Of a stretch of 64,000 nucleotides of DNA, positions 48,016 through 60,466 are shown in pieces (positions within the stretch are counted from its first letter, which is position 1; every line of letters begins with the position of its first letter). This DNA is from Fistulifera solaris (Eukaryota): contig AP026132.1 in NCBI GenBank assembly GCA_030295235.1, positions 558,001 through 622,000 on the forward strand, read 5' to 3'. The notes under the pieces were generated by a model. It was not told the DNA's origin. It was given only the letters and a program-made list of their open reading frames with translations, and made no database searches. The position numbers were made by a program, and so were the translations under genes.

Positions 48016-50509
48016 ATGAAAAGTCGTCGACGAATTCTATACCCTGGTGGGGATCGAGGATCAAAGAAACCATTTCACGGCTTTGTATTCGGCTATTTTG
48101 CTATGATCTCCGTGGTGCTTAGTATTCTGCCGTTCACAATCAATACGGACTTTATCTATTTTCGCGAACCTGTCTATTATCCGGTAACAAAAAATGCAAC
48201 AAAATATTTTGCTGAGATTCGTACGCCGGCGGAAACCTCATCGACTCATCAATTGTGTCGCGATATATCTCTGATGTCAGTGGCGTTGAAGATGACGAAA
48301 TTCTCAATCCCAAAGAAAGCTGCTGCCTTGAGGAAAGCCAAACATGTGTTCAACTCTGTCGCAGCATTCTATCTGGACATGCCGGGTGGTATATTCACGA
48401 GCGTCACGAGGAACATCCAGACTATACTGGAAGGCTACGGCATGAAGCGTATTACAGATAAGAAGCTCTTTGACCAGCTTGCCGTCAATCACGAAGTGTT
48501 GTTGGTGGAAAACGCATTTCTCGCCGGAATCCGCAACGTTACGATGTGCGTGGGTGAAAGCTGCGATACAATGTTTCGATTGGTCATTCAGAGCGAGCAG
48601 CATCGAGAATTTCTACCAGAGTACTTGATAAAGTGTCACCAGAATCCGAATTGCCTTATCTGGGAGTATTCTGAATCCAACTATGCATGGGAAAGCAAAG
48701 ACTACAACTTGACGGATTCGGTTATGATTGTACCTACAATGATTCAAAATCGATTTGATCACATGGCGCCTACGTCGGAATCAATTCTGCCACCCGATCG
48801 TCGCGATATCGATGTGGTGTTTTTCGGTCTTATGAACAGCCGCCGAATCAAGTTGAATGAACAAATAATGGAGTTACCGAGTGTTAAGCAAACAAAACTG
48901 GAGCAAAATACCAATACAAGCCATATTGTTGATGCTTACGGAAGAGCAAAGATCTGCTTAATAGCTCACCGATTTGGCGTTTTCGAGGCGGCGGAGTTTC
49001 ACCGTCTCTCCGATTTCATTCGATTTGGTTGCGTACCAGTGGTAGAAAAGTGGGTCGAGAAAACGGGTGCCGATGAATTTCAGAAGTGCGGTGGCCTTGT
49101 TATGGCCGAATATGAGAATTTACCAAAGGCAATCGAGCGCGTCTTAACCCAGGATCAGGATACTTTGCACGAAATGCAGCGTCGCCTGGCATGGTGGGAG
49201 AAAGGAATCGACTGGAGTTCCTTCCTGAATGCCTCGATTGGTCCTAGGCAAGCTATACGTACCGAACACGATCGTATTTCTGTTGAAAAACATTCCGCGA
49301 GCAAGCCAAATTCTCAGCACCCATTGACGCGAGCTGTATTTCGCGACTATGATACATTCATAACAAGCAAAGCTAGAACTTACAGCGAAACTTGCATGGG
49401 ATGGGCTGATTACAAGGAGTGGATTGAACGCCTTTTCACGTTTGCGCCTCATGGGCCGGATTGCGATACAGTGAAAAACTTTACGAACGCCTACAATGAT
49501 ACTTCAAGCTGGAAAGGCCCTATCGATAACACTCTCGTGCTGTCAAGAATAGACAACAAACAGAATGATGCTTATTCATTAACTAATCCACAAGAACCGC
49601 TGGGGGGACGATATGCCGGTTTAGCAAGTATTTGGAAGGAAGCTGGCGAAAAGCGGCATCTTCCCCCTTCTGTTGAAATGATACTGTATGCCAATGACAA
49701 GCCACGAGTCCGTTCCGACTTGGGTCTTCCCGCCTTTACTATGGCAGGATCCTTCACGGCGGGATCTGGCCTGCCTTCGCAATGGACTAATCACCTTCCA
49801 TTTCCGTCTTACTTCTACTTATCTGAGCTGCAAGAACAAACGGATTTTTGGGACAGAGCCCCTATTCTCCATTTTCGAGGTCGTTTTAGTGAAAACTGCT
49901 GGTCACGATTTAAGACGCACAAGTTTCAATGGACGCAAACTCCTCGGTTCAAACTCGCTCTTGGGACTTCGAATCCCAGTGATTCAGACGTTCTCGATGT
50001 CAAACTAACTGATTTTGGAAGCGTAAAAGAGCCCCTAGCTACTGAGATACGAGAGGCGCTAGGACGTGAATATAATATTACCATCGGGGAGTGGTCGGAA
50101 CAGGGGGAGTGTGCAGTCGCGATACGCTTTAGCTGTCTCGGGAAATGGTTGGGCTGGGGCAACCTTTATGCGAGCACTACTAAGTGGCTCTTGCGTTCTT
50201 TTCGTGAACGACAACTCGACCGACTACGAGGGATTCTCACGGGATTTGGGGGAGATTTACTTTCCTTTATTGGAAGAGGGAAAAGACTTTGTTCAGGTAG
50301 ATTACAATACCATTGCTCAAACAGTACGGGAGTTGAATGCTGTTCCAGAGAGGGCGTACAATATCAGCCAAGCAGGCCTGAAATTTGCGAAAAAATACCT
50401 CGGGCCTAGCTGCGCCCTGGATATAGTTGAACTGCTAGCATGGAACTACTACAAGCATGTAAGTAAGGGGTGCCCACAGACCTTTTCGCACGTACAGTTG
50501 CGAGAATAG
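48016..50509 (+). CDS. Type II membrane glycosyltransferase fusion (GT-B-like domain + GT90/CAP10-like domain)
   Basis: N-terminal TM; RDIDVVFFG..RR, YGRAKICLIAH, EFHRL; then DKPRV, LHFRGR, PRFKL, LDVKLT, RYALAVSGNGW, LLSGSCVL, YFPLLEEGKDFVQV; frameshift near 50105. Confidence 0.7.
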
Positions 50510-50892
50510 CGTAAGAATTGGAAGATTTAGAACCCTAGCTACATCAATTACGTTTCAAACTACCAAAGACGCTGCTGTGTCAGGAGCACCTAGGTTTTCG
50601 TTGATAGTTGCCGCTTCAATAGATGGCAAAGATTTCCTTCACGGTCCTGTCTCCCACCCTAGAGCCCAATCAAGCAAACAGAGTGATTTTCAACGGCAGC
50701 TTGAGCGTTTCGAAGGGTCTTTTAAGTCGCCTTACGGAATTGCGACTCATGTTCGACCAAAAGATGAGAAACAAAGAACTTTGTCCTTAATGACCGCCGT
50801 CTCCTCGTGCAATTCTTTTTTGGAAGGCGACAGTACTTCACAGAGTACCATGTTGGTTAATAGAGAAGTGGCTAGATGGGTCTATGGTGTCA

Positions 50893-51207
50893 TGAATGAT
50901 TTCCGAAGTGGAATGGTTTTACGGGCCAGTCGGGTCTTGTGTCGTAGGACTACACTCGGACGCTATAGTAGTGTTCGTTACTATGGGAAACTGGTACCGG
51001 AGAGTCTGTCATCTTCCGGATTTCAGTCTCGTGTCGTAGAAGTACTCTCCGACACTATAGCGATGCTAGGGAGTCAGCAGCTTGTGGCTGCGGTCGGCTT
51101 CAGATGAAACGCAAGGGTCATCTTCACTCACACTCTTGTTTAAGATAACGATCTGTTGTTGTTGTTACTTCATCGATAGATTAGTCTTTTACATACAAAT
51201 TCTTACA
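50893..51207 (+). repeat. 5' LTR
   Basis: TGAATGATTTCC...CAAATTCTTACA; identical by eye to 57251-57565. Confidence 0.95.
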
Positions 51208-51241
51208 GTTTATCAGACTTTATACTCTACCAGTTACGAAC

Positions 51242-52762
51242 ATGGCTTCTGTGAATGCACAGATCGAAACCGCCATCATTGCGATGACGCGGGAGGTGCG
51301 GCCCCAACGGCTGCTTTCGTTGCTATTCCAGATGCTGCTGGCAACGTCCCTGCATGGGAACCGACCACGTACCAGATTCCGGACGGCTTTCCCAACCCGC
51401 CTCCGCCACGCCCGTTGCGTGGATTGCTCGGGCGCAATTTATGCTTCGCGCAGTGTGGCTGCACTGCGGTGGTGATTACAGCTCTTGTTGCTCAGGGCTT
51501 TAATTCCCCTGAAACCTTTCAGCTTTTTACGGCTACTGCTATTGATAACTTGATCAATAACCTCTTCCGCACCCCTGTTGCAGATGGTGGATGCAAGATT
51601 CCTGCTGCGACTGGTATCTTGTTGAAAGCTGCGGTGTCTTGGGTGGAAGAGCAGATTGGCTATGGTGTCGGTGTGATTGATGCATACCAGCTAAGCATCT
51701 CGAATCTCATTCAGTGGGAGACGTCGACCCGCAACATGCGCGGGCCGAACTTCGGGATTGCAGACTCTTGTCGATAAGCCTGCCAAATTCGATAAGAACA
51801 AATGGGTTTCGTGGAAGGATGGAATGGTGAACTATCTTTCCAATGTCCAGGGCGGACATAACACTCCGTTGGCGTATGTCATTCGTGATAACATTACTTT
51901 CACGAACACGGAGGACTTGCTTCCGATCTCTACGCAGCGTATTCGTTTCCAGAAGCACTTTGGCCCTGGGTTTCGGGAGGACAACATTATGGTTTACTCT
52001 ATCCTTCAACAGGCCTTGATGAACACGGAAGCCTACACCCACATTGCTGAACATGAGGGTACCGAAGGATGGAAAAGCTGCTTTTGCGACGCTGTGCTTC
52101 CATTATGATGGACCGAAGCTGTGTCGAACCGCATTGCTTGGGCAAAGCAGGAGATCTACGAAGCCAAGTATAAGAGTGAGACGACGTTTCCTTTGGACTC
52201 TTACGGCAACAGGCTTGCTAACGCATACCGCATTCTACGCCAGAACGGTCAGCCGAAGTCGGCAAGCGAGGGAGGTCGATACCTACCTCAACCAGATTGT
52301 GACTAATAATGATGATATCAAGCAAGCCGTGGCGATGTTACGCTACTCTGGTGAATATGACAATGATTTCCCCAAGGCTCGTGCGACTACAGGAGATGGT
52401 CTCCAAGGTTTTTAATAGTGCTGCACACCAGTCACACATGGCTGGAGCTCCTGCCGCCCGTCGTGTCTCGCACAAGTGAAAGAGGCGAAAGCTAGAGCGG
52501 CGAGGGCGGCGGCGGTGGTCACAATGGTGGTGGTAAATCAAAGGATATTGTTATTAAAGACGGGAAGGAGTACTACGACGGAGTAGATATCACGGATCCT
52601 AACCGCCGATTCTCTAACAAGGAATTTCGGAAACTTCGTCCGATATTCCGGGATCACATCCTGCCCCATCGTCCACCGAAGGAGCATACTTCAAATGTCT
52701 CTGCTGTTGAACAGAAGAAGACTTCGAATGGTAGCAAGTTTGGTACAAATCAGTATGATTGA
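51242..52762 (+). CDS. gag: copia gag (frameshifted in this assembly)
   Basis: ATG 34 nt after the LTR; fragments TPLAYVIR, FREDNIMVY, HYDGP, GVDITDPNRRFS; ends at in-frame TGA 52760-52762. Confidence 0.72.
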
Positions 52763-55700
52763 CAGAGAGCTTGTGTCTCTGTGTTGCGTTCGAGCAATCG
52801 GCGCACAATCTCGGCCAACACTGCTGTGCTACATTCAACGACAACTGCTGGTCACGTCGGAAATTGTGAGATGGACTCGCATGCTGATACGACGTGCTTT
52901 GGTGCCAACTTTACTGTGTTTGGTTGGACTGGCCAAACCTGCAGTGTCGCGCCTTTCTCTGACCATTATGATGCAATGACGGATGTCCCGATAGCTCATG
53001 CTGCTACTGCGTGGGACAACCCGAACACCGGTGAAACTGTGCTTTTGCTGTTCTATCATGGTCTTTGGATTGGCGATAAACTCTCACACAGTCTTATTTC
53101 CCCCAATCAGTGTCGCTCGATTGGTGCGTCGATTTGTGACGACCCGTGGGATCCTCACCGCTCGCTTCATCTTAGTGATCCGGACAACCAAGTAACGATC
53201 CCGCTGATGTACAGTGCGAATGTTGTATCGTTTGTTACGCATGCTCCTTCGGATGAGGAGATGGACACGTGTCGTCGTGTTATTCTCACCTCCCGAGACT
53301 CTTGGGATCCTTCTAAGTTGGGACTTGCCCAAGCTTCGAAGGAGGAGGAGGCGTATGCTCGGTTGGTCTCTTGTATGAGAATTGATCCGGACATTCAGGT
53401 GGCCGATGATGGTGTGACGATGCAAATGGATGATTGTAATGCAGATCGTCTGCTGGTCAGCTGTAGTGACGCCTTCTCGGATAAGGCTATGGCACATCGG
53501 TTGATTTCATCCATTAAGATCGCATCTGAATATGAAGACGAGGGAGGATCCAATTGTACACGAGAGCGAGGAGCCATTGCAGGTTGCAAAACCCGACTTT
53601 TACGTAAAGTCGATGGCTTCAAAGACACGGCACTCCAAGGTAACCCCTTCGGAACTTTCGATCCGGCTTGGATGTGGGTTGGAGACCGCCGCAAAGACGC
53701 TTCAGGCTACCACTCAGTATGGTATTAGGAGCGCAACTGGCCCGTTGACGGTTACAAGACGAACATTTTGCAGATGCGCTGCCGTCGGGTTGAAGACCAC
53801 GTTCTATAATGATACTATGTTCGCCAAGAAGTTGAGCTTGCGCGGGAACAAGAGTGCAGAGATCTTTACGAATGGAAGATTTGTCTATGCCACTCCTACC
53901 CGAACAAGGCTGGCCATACGGTTGGTCAGGCACTTCTTGAACTCATCCATGAGGTTGGTGTGCCAGCTAAGATTGTCGTCGATGGGGCGAGCGAAGCTTG
54001 GTCCTAAGACGGAGTGGATGAAAATTATTCGGGAAAACCACATCGACCAAGGGATCACTGAAGCCTACTCCCACTGGCAGAATCGTGCTGAGGATGCTAT
54101 TCGTGAAGTACGGAGACGTTGGCTTGCTATACCAAAGGAGGAGCATTCCCACGAGGTTGTGGGACTATGCTATTGTGCATATTGCTCGTTTGATGTCTCT
54201 TACGGTTCGTGCAGGCAGTGATAGGACACCCATGGAAGAGATCACAGGTGAGACCCCAGACATATCGGAGTATGTGGACTTCATGTTTTATGACTGGGTG
54301 TGGTATATTGATAACCCGAATGATAAAGAGGAACCTCCGAAGCTGGGGGGCGTTGGCTGGGCGTGGCCGAGAACTATGGTGGTTCCATGTGCTTCTTTGT
54401 GTTAGCGCCCAGAATGGAAAGGTTCTTGCACGGTCTACAGTACAGCATGTCACGAGAGACGAGGAGGCTCAGACCGAGATTGTGTCTCGGATGCAGGCTG
54501 CATAATCGGGAAATCAACGCTAGGTTGGATGCTACGAATTATACCAATGAACCTACAGCGTAAAGGTGACATTCTACTTGAGGATGATGATTCCCCGGTG
54601 GCGTTTGTGGAACCAAGTCCGATCATCGATGCGGATGATGCTTGGCGGTCCTCTGATGCGTCACGACGAATTGGTCGGTGCTACCGTAATGCTTCCGCTG
54701 AGGCGATGGACGCACGCAAGCTACGATATTACGGCGCAAAAGAGATGACGATGGCAAACCAATTGGAACTAAGCACAAACAACTGATGATGGACACACGT
54801 TTGTACGAGGCTCAGCTGCCTGATGGTTCTGTTGAAGAAGTCTTTGCCAAGGTAATTGCTGAAAACTTGTTCTCTCAGGTCGACTCGGAAGGTCGGAACT
54901 ACTATCTACTTCGTGAGATTTGTGATCACCGGCGTGATGACACTGCCGTTCGGAAGGAGGGATGGTACGATCCAGATCGGTTCTAACCCCCACAAGAAGA
55001 AGACGACGAAAGGATGGTTCCTGCTTGTCGAGTGGATGGAAGGAACTTACGACTGGATACCTCTGAAAGATTTGAAGGAGACGCATCCGATTGAAGTCGC
55101 CGAGTATGCATAAGCGAACAAGATTGCCGATGAGCCGGCATTTGCTTGGTGGGTTCCTGATGTATTGAGTGTTCGGAACCGCATCGTATCGAAAGTTGCC
55201 TCGCTATTGGAAGACGACGCACAAGTTCGGTATCGAGATCCCAAAGTCAGTGAAGCACGCGCTTGAAATTGACAAGCGAAACAAGAATAACTTTTGGGAG
55301 CAAGCGATAAAGAAAGAAATGGACAAGATTCGCTATGGGTACTTTCGGCAGCTGGGATAAAGGCTCAGCTGCCGACTTGAAATCGGGAAAAGTGAAACTT
55401 CCAGGGTACCAGCGGATCACGTGTCACATGGTCTTTGGACGTCAAGATGGACGGTAACTTCACTCGCAAGGCTAGATTTGTTGCGAACGGAGCAAAGACT
55501 GAGGATGTTCCTGCGTTTCTAACTTACTCGTCTGTTGTCACCAGGGAGTCCGTGCGAATTGCTTTCTTGTATGCTGCGCTGAATGACTTGGATGTTTTCA
55601 GCTGTGATGTCACAAATGCGTACTTGAATGCTCCATGTCGTGAGAAGATATGGGTTGAAGCCGGCCCGAGTTTGGTGATCGAGATAGAGGAAGTGTGATG

Positions 55701-57195
55701 ATCATCAAGAAAGCCGCCCACGGTTTACGATCGTCTGGATTTTCGTGGAGGCAGGCGTTGGCACAAACTATCAAGGATCTTGGATTTGTTTGTACGCAAG
55801 CCGACCCTGATGTTTACCGAAGACGAACTACCAAGGCCAATGGCGAGCATTACTACGAGCTACTTTTGACGTATGTCGACGATATCCTTTGCGTGAGTGA
55901 AAGGCCCAATGAGACTTTAGATGCTATAAAGCGGGTTTACACGTTGAAAGAGGATGCAAAGAGCCGGAGCGATACCTTGGTGCTAACACATCAAAGGTTC
56001 CGATTGCCGAGTGGTGTTGAAGCGTGGTCGATGTCGAGTGACGACTACGTGGCGAGTGCATTGCAGATTGTTAAGGAAATGTTGCGGTTGGACGAGAAGA
56101 GTTTCAACATGAAGTACGCAAATCGTCCGATGCCGATAGATTACCACCCAGAGGTCGATACCACACCCGTACTAACTGACAAGCTGGCAAGCCGATATCA
56201 ACAGTTGATTGGTATGTTACGATGGGGCGTGTGAACTGGGCCGTGTAGATATTCTCTTGGAGGTTTCCCTGATGTCGTCGCATCTGTGTATGCCGCGAAT
56301 GGGTCATCTTGAGAAAGTCTATGGTATCTTTGCATATCTGGAGAAGCACAAGAAGTCGAACATGGTGTTCGATCCAACAATGATTCACTTGGATGAAAAT
56401 GCATTTCAGAAGACTGATTGGAGTGACTCGATTTACGGCGATGTTTCGGAGGAGCTGCCACCGAGTATGCCGGAGCCGCTTGGAAAGCCAATCAATATTA
56501 CTTGCTTTGTCGATGCAAATCATGCTGGAGATAAGATCACGAGGAGATCGCAGACGGGATTTATTATATATCTCAACAATGCCGATCGACTGGTTCTCCA
56601 AGAAGCAAAATACTGTTGAGTCTTCGACATTTGGTTCGGAGTTTGTTGCAATGCGAGTTGCGACGGAAAGACTTCGAGCACTTCGTTATAAGCTTCAGTA
56701 TGTTTGGTATTCCGATCGAGGGTCCGGCGACAATGTTATGTGACAATGAAAGTGTCGTTGGAAGTGCATCGAAAGTCGAGGCCCGGTTGAGTAAGAAACA
56801 CAATGCCATCTGTTTTCACACGGTTCGTGAGGCTTGTGCGGCTGGGTGGCTTCGTGTCGGAAAGGAACCAAGCGAGACAAATATTGCTGATTTGTTTACG
56901 AAGATGCTTCCGCCCGAGAAAACGTCGGGAACACTTGAATGCGATATTTATCAAGAAGGTTCAGGCTACTATTTCGAAGTTGAGATCAAGCTTGAAGCGG
57001 AAATTGAATGTAAGGTTTGCTGAAGGAACAAAATCTCGTGATGGAGTTCTCGGTGAAAGCAAAACGCCACAAGGGCAAGGGCACTGTAGTTTGGCTGCAG
57101 GTTTCCTGACGAAGGTACCTCCTGAGACAACACCGGTTGTGCGCATTATAAATTCAGGTCGGGGTGTCCATGAACGTCACTGTGGGGGATTATGA
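52763..57195 (+). CDS. pol: copia pol: protease, integrase, chromo-like domain, reverse transcriptase, RNase H (many frameshifts; end approximate)
   Basis: PR EMDSHADT; IN TEAYSHWQNRAE, RLWDYA, ITGETPDISE; RT RKARFVANG, YSSVV, DVTNAYLNA, YVDDIL; RH FVDANHAG, ESSTFGSEF, CDNESVV, NIADLFTK. Confidence 0.9.
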
Positions 57196-57250
57196 AATCG
57201 AATGCGGTCAACTCGGATGGAGATGTTTGCTACCACCAAGTTGAGAGGAG

Positions 57251-57565
57251 TGAATGATTTCCGAAGTGGAATGGTTTTACGGGCCAGTCGGGTCTTGTGT
57301 CGTAGGACTACACTCGGACGCTATAGTAGTGTTCGTTACTATGGGAAACTGGTACCGGAGAGTCTGTCATCTTCCGGATTTCAGTCTCGTGTCGTAGAAG
57401 TACTCTCCGACACTATAGCGATGCTAGGGAGTCAGCAGCTTGTGGCTGCGGTCGGCTTCAGATGAAACGCAAGGGTCATCTTCACTCACACTCTTGTTTA
57501 AGATAACGATCTGTTGTTGTTGTTACTTCATCGATAGATTAGTCTTTTACATACAAATTCTTACA
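57251..57565 (+). repeat. 3' LTR
   Basis: Direct repeat of 50893-51207, preceded by the polypurine tract. Confidence 0.95.
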
Positions 57566-58211
57566 GTCAGACCCTCTTCGGAGGGTCTGGCATCGCCCGT
57601 TGGAGCCTAGTTGACACACACACGGGGAGACGAAGACACGAGACCACGAGACACATGAACATGACACATGACACACACAACTTCAGAACAATTTTCACAA
57701 GCGACTACTGTACACTGTATACTCCCTAGAGAAGTTGGTAGTAGGTTGTTCGCACAGAGCTAACTCACGATTCGACAACCAATAATAAAATTTTTTTAGC
57801 TATTCAGTATCAATAATGTTTCAATAAATATGAATTATATCGAAAAGGCTTATAGAAGATTTATCACATGTCGTACTGAATATTATAGTCAAGTTGTCAA
57901 TAATAATGAAAAACGAAGCGTGATTGACATACTTATCTTCTTCCTTCAAGTTCCAGCGTCTTTACTGTATTATATCCTGCTCTACTTTTCAAAGGGCAAT
58001 TCGCAATTCGGCTGATTGGCTGATGGTCGGCGTCGCGCTTTGCGGCGTCCGCGATGCATTATTTATTTGCATGCAAAGCGGAGGGCGGGGCGGCCAATGG
58101 TTAGTTCTTTTGTTGGAGTCGGCACTTGAAAGTTGAAAGGACGTGATTCTGATGCTCTCATTCTTTTCCTCATCAAATTTCTCGAAAAATTCAGCAACGA
58201 ATGAAGAGACC

Positions 58212-60466
58212 ATGAAGCATTCCACAAGGTCGATATCCTTCCAGCAACTTTTCACCTCGTTTGGTGTAATGATTCTGTTCTGTCAAGTAATTCTTCTCTG
58301 GTTCTGTCATCACATCGCCCACACCTGGTGCACGCACGATGATCTCAAGATTTTTCGTCCCAAAAACTTGAGGCCGAAAAAAATTCTGCCCGCGATATTC
58401 CCTAAAAAGGAACAGAAAGAAACAATCGTCGAGCCCCGCGTTTGCATGTCACCGGAAAAGATGTTCCCTGGCCTCTTTCCGGAACCTGCAATAAGCCTCT
58501 TCATGGCGTTTCGGGGATATCCGCCGAGTCGCGCTCTTGTGGCTTCTGTTCATCTCCCTATTTGCAATCAATCGCGAACCAACTGGAGGAATATCGCGAT
58601 CAATGCAAGGATCTGGTCGTTTATGGAGTAGCGTTTGGCGCGAAGTACGTGGGCTTCATCAACGAGTCCGCCACCTTGAGCATGGATGAATCCGTTTGTG
58701 CCTTTCATTTCGTATTGGAGGAGGAGGCTGATACAGTGGGAGATTTGCGAAGCAATGAGTTTGTTATCCGTGTCGACGGTTCCAAAATGCCCTACAAAGA
58801 TATGCGGCGAAATGTCAAGATTTTAAAAATGAGTCCGCTGGATCTGTTTCCTTGGGCGGAGCGCGTAATTTGGCGAGACACAAAGTTGCTTCCGAAAAGA
58901 TACTTCCTCGCAGTTACATGGACTACTTCAATCGCACAGTGGAGCATTTCAATACATGTGCGAGCTTGGTGAGTCTACCCATTCACGATTCGAGTATGGG
59001 GAATAGGTGGGAGGACCTGGATTTTCCCGAGTACAAGGGCCACTGTGGAGCTGTTGTCGACGCTGCCATCAAGCGACCAACCGTTTCCGACGGACTTGAA
59101 ACTCTTGTAAATCAATGCCAGCTCACGCTCCAGCACTACGGTCATGAGTCACTCGTGGATGGAAAAACGTTCCTCGATAGATCACTCATCGATAGCGCTC
59201 TCATGGTTTGGGACATGCGAACTGCAACTTGCAAAAAGTACATTGGAGATTTGGGTTGCTCGTGGCTTGACGAAATTCACTGTTTCTCAGATCGCGATCA
59301 AGTAAGCTTCGGACGCGCTCTAGACGCCAGTGGGGCTTCCGTGTCGAAAGAGCTTCCAAATGGCGATCAACTATTCTTCAAAGACAACCGACCTACCGTG
59401 CATATAGCTAGGACGGATTGTCACTGGTACTTCCAAGCTCTTGATATTTGCTATGATCCCAACTATGAGAACTTGCGCGTGGCTGTCGTGATAGCCGGAA
59501 CACACCAGCGATTCATGTTCAGCACTGCTCTCCAGCACGTGCTTGCACCTTTGGTGAGACAAAGCCACAACGTTGATCTCTATTTGTCGCTAACCACCGG
59601 CAAGGCAAAGGCTTACCGATTTGCAGGGGCATTTCACCCTGACCCCCCTGTTGGAAGGGAAGAACGAAACCGAGTTAAAAGAAACCATAACCAGAGAAGT
59701 CCAAAGTGTTGGCGCAAATGTACAAACGCTTCTTGTGTCGGAGCAGATTGAGATTGAAAATGACCCGCTGATTTTCCACATGTACAAACAATTCAAGAAG
59801 AAGTTACCGAATGAACACCCTCTCGAATATTTTCCCGCGTTGGACATCCGGAACGACGAAGTGAGGGCACGCAATAAAGTTGGCAATCACAACTTTCTGC
59901 GTTTGTTTCGTGCGATTGAGAATTTGTGGGAGAGCGCGATCGAACGGGAGCGCGCTGGTGGTAAGCAATACGATTACGTATTGTTTTTGCGAGACGATTC
60001 ATACTGGTTCCGGGACTTTCATCTCAACGGTGTCGTCGCCTTGGGCGGCGATATATTCATCCCTGCCTGTGATGCGCGGGATCCACCTTTAGATCCGCAT
60101 GAAATGTGCGATCATGGCATGGTGGCGCGTCGAGGCGTCGCGGACATTTTTGGTCGTTACTTTTCCACCATGTTTAAGCTTGATCTGGCCGGTTGTGCAG
60201 CAAATTTAACCGAGTCGTTCACCAAGCAAGGAAAGCGAGGTTGCAATACAGAGATGATCCTCAAGTGGACGGCAGACACCTATAATGTCAATGTCACAAG
60301 AGTAGGACAAGGCTACATGCAATTTCAGAGATCCGCTCGTGTTGAAACCGTGAATGGAACTATTACCGAATGCTTCCACAAGTTTTGCCAAAGTCGCCAT
60401 GATCCACTCATTCTTGGAACAAAGCACGCTGACATGCAGATGTGCAAGTCTCTTGAAACTAAATAA
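58212..60466 (+). CDS. Type II membrane glycosyltransferase-like protein (DUF616/TOD1-MUCI70-like domain + second GT-like domain)
   Basis: N-terminal TM; RRNVKILK..LFPWAERVIWRDTKL, LIDSALMVWD, WLDEI..SDRDQVSF; then RVAVVIAG and YDYVLFLRDD; joined across about three frameshifts. Confidence 0.62.

Larger units (their letters stand above)
50893..57565 (+). mobile_element. Full-length Ty1/copia LTR retrotransposon (diatom CoDi-type), 6.67 kb
   Basis: TG..CA LTRs of 315 bp; domain order gag-PR-IN-RT-RH; PBS-like GTTTATCAG at 51208; PPT AAGTTGAGAGGAG at 57238-57250; GTCA duplicated at both flanks. Confidence 0.96.

Noticed and set aside
50525..50545. AACCCTAG as a telomerase RNA template or telomeric repeat
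   Set aside because: Single short occurrence, also seen at ~24130; no tandem repeats or supporting structure.
57612..57680. GACAC/ATGACAC short repeats as a CRISPR-like array
   Set aside because: Low-complexity, irregular, no spacers, eukaryotic context.
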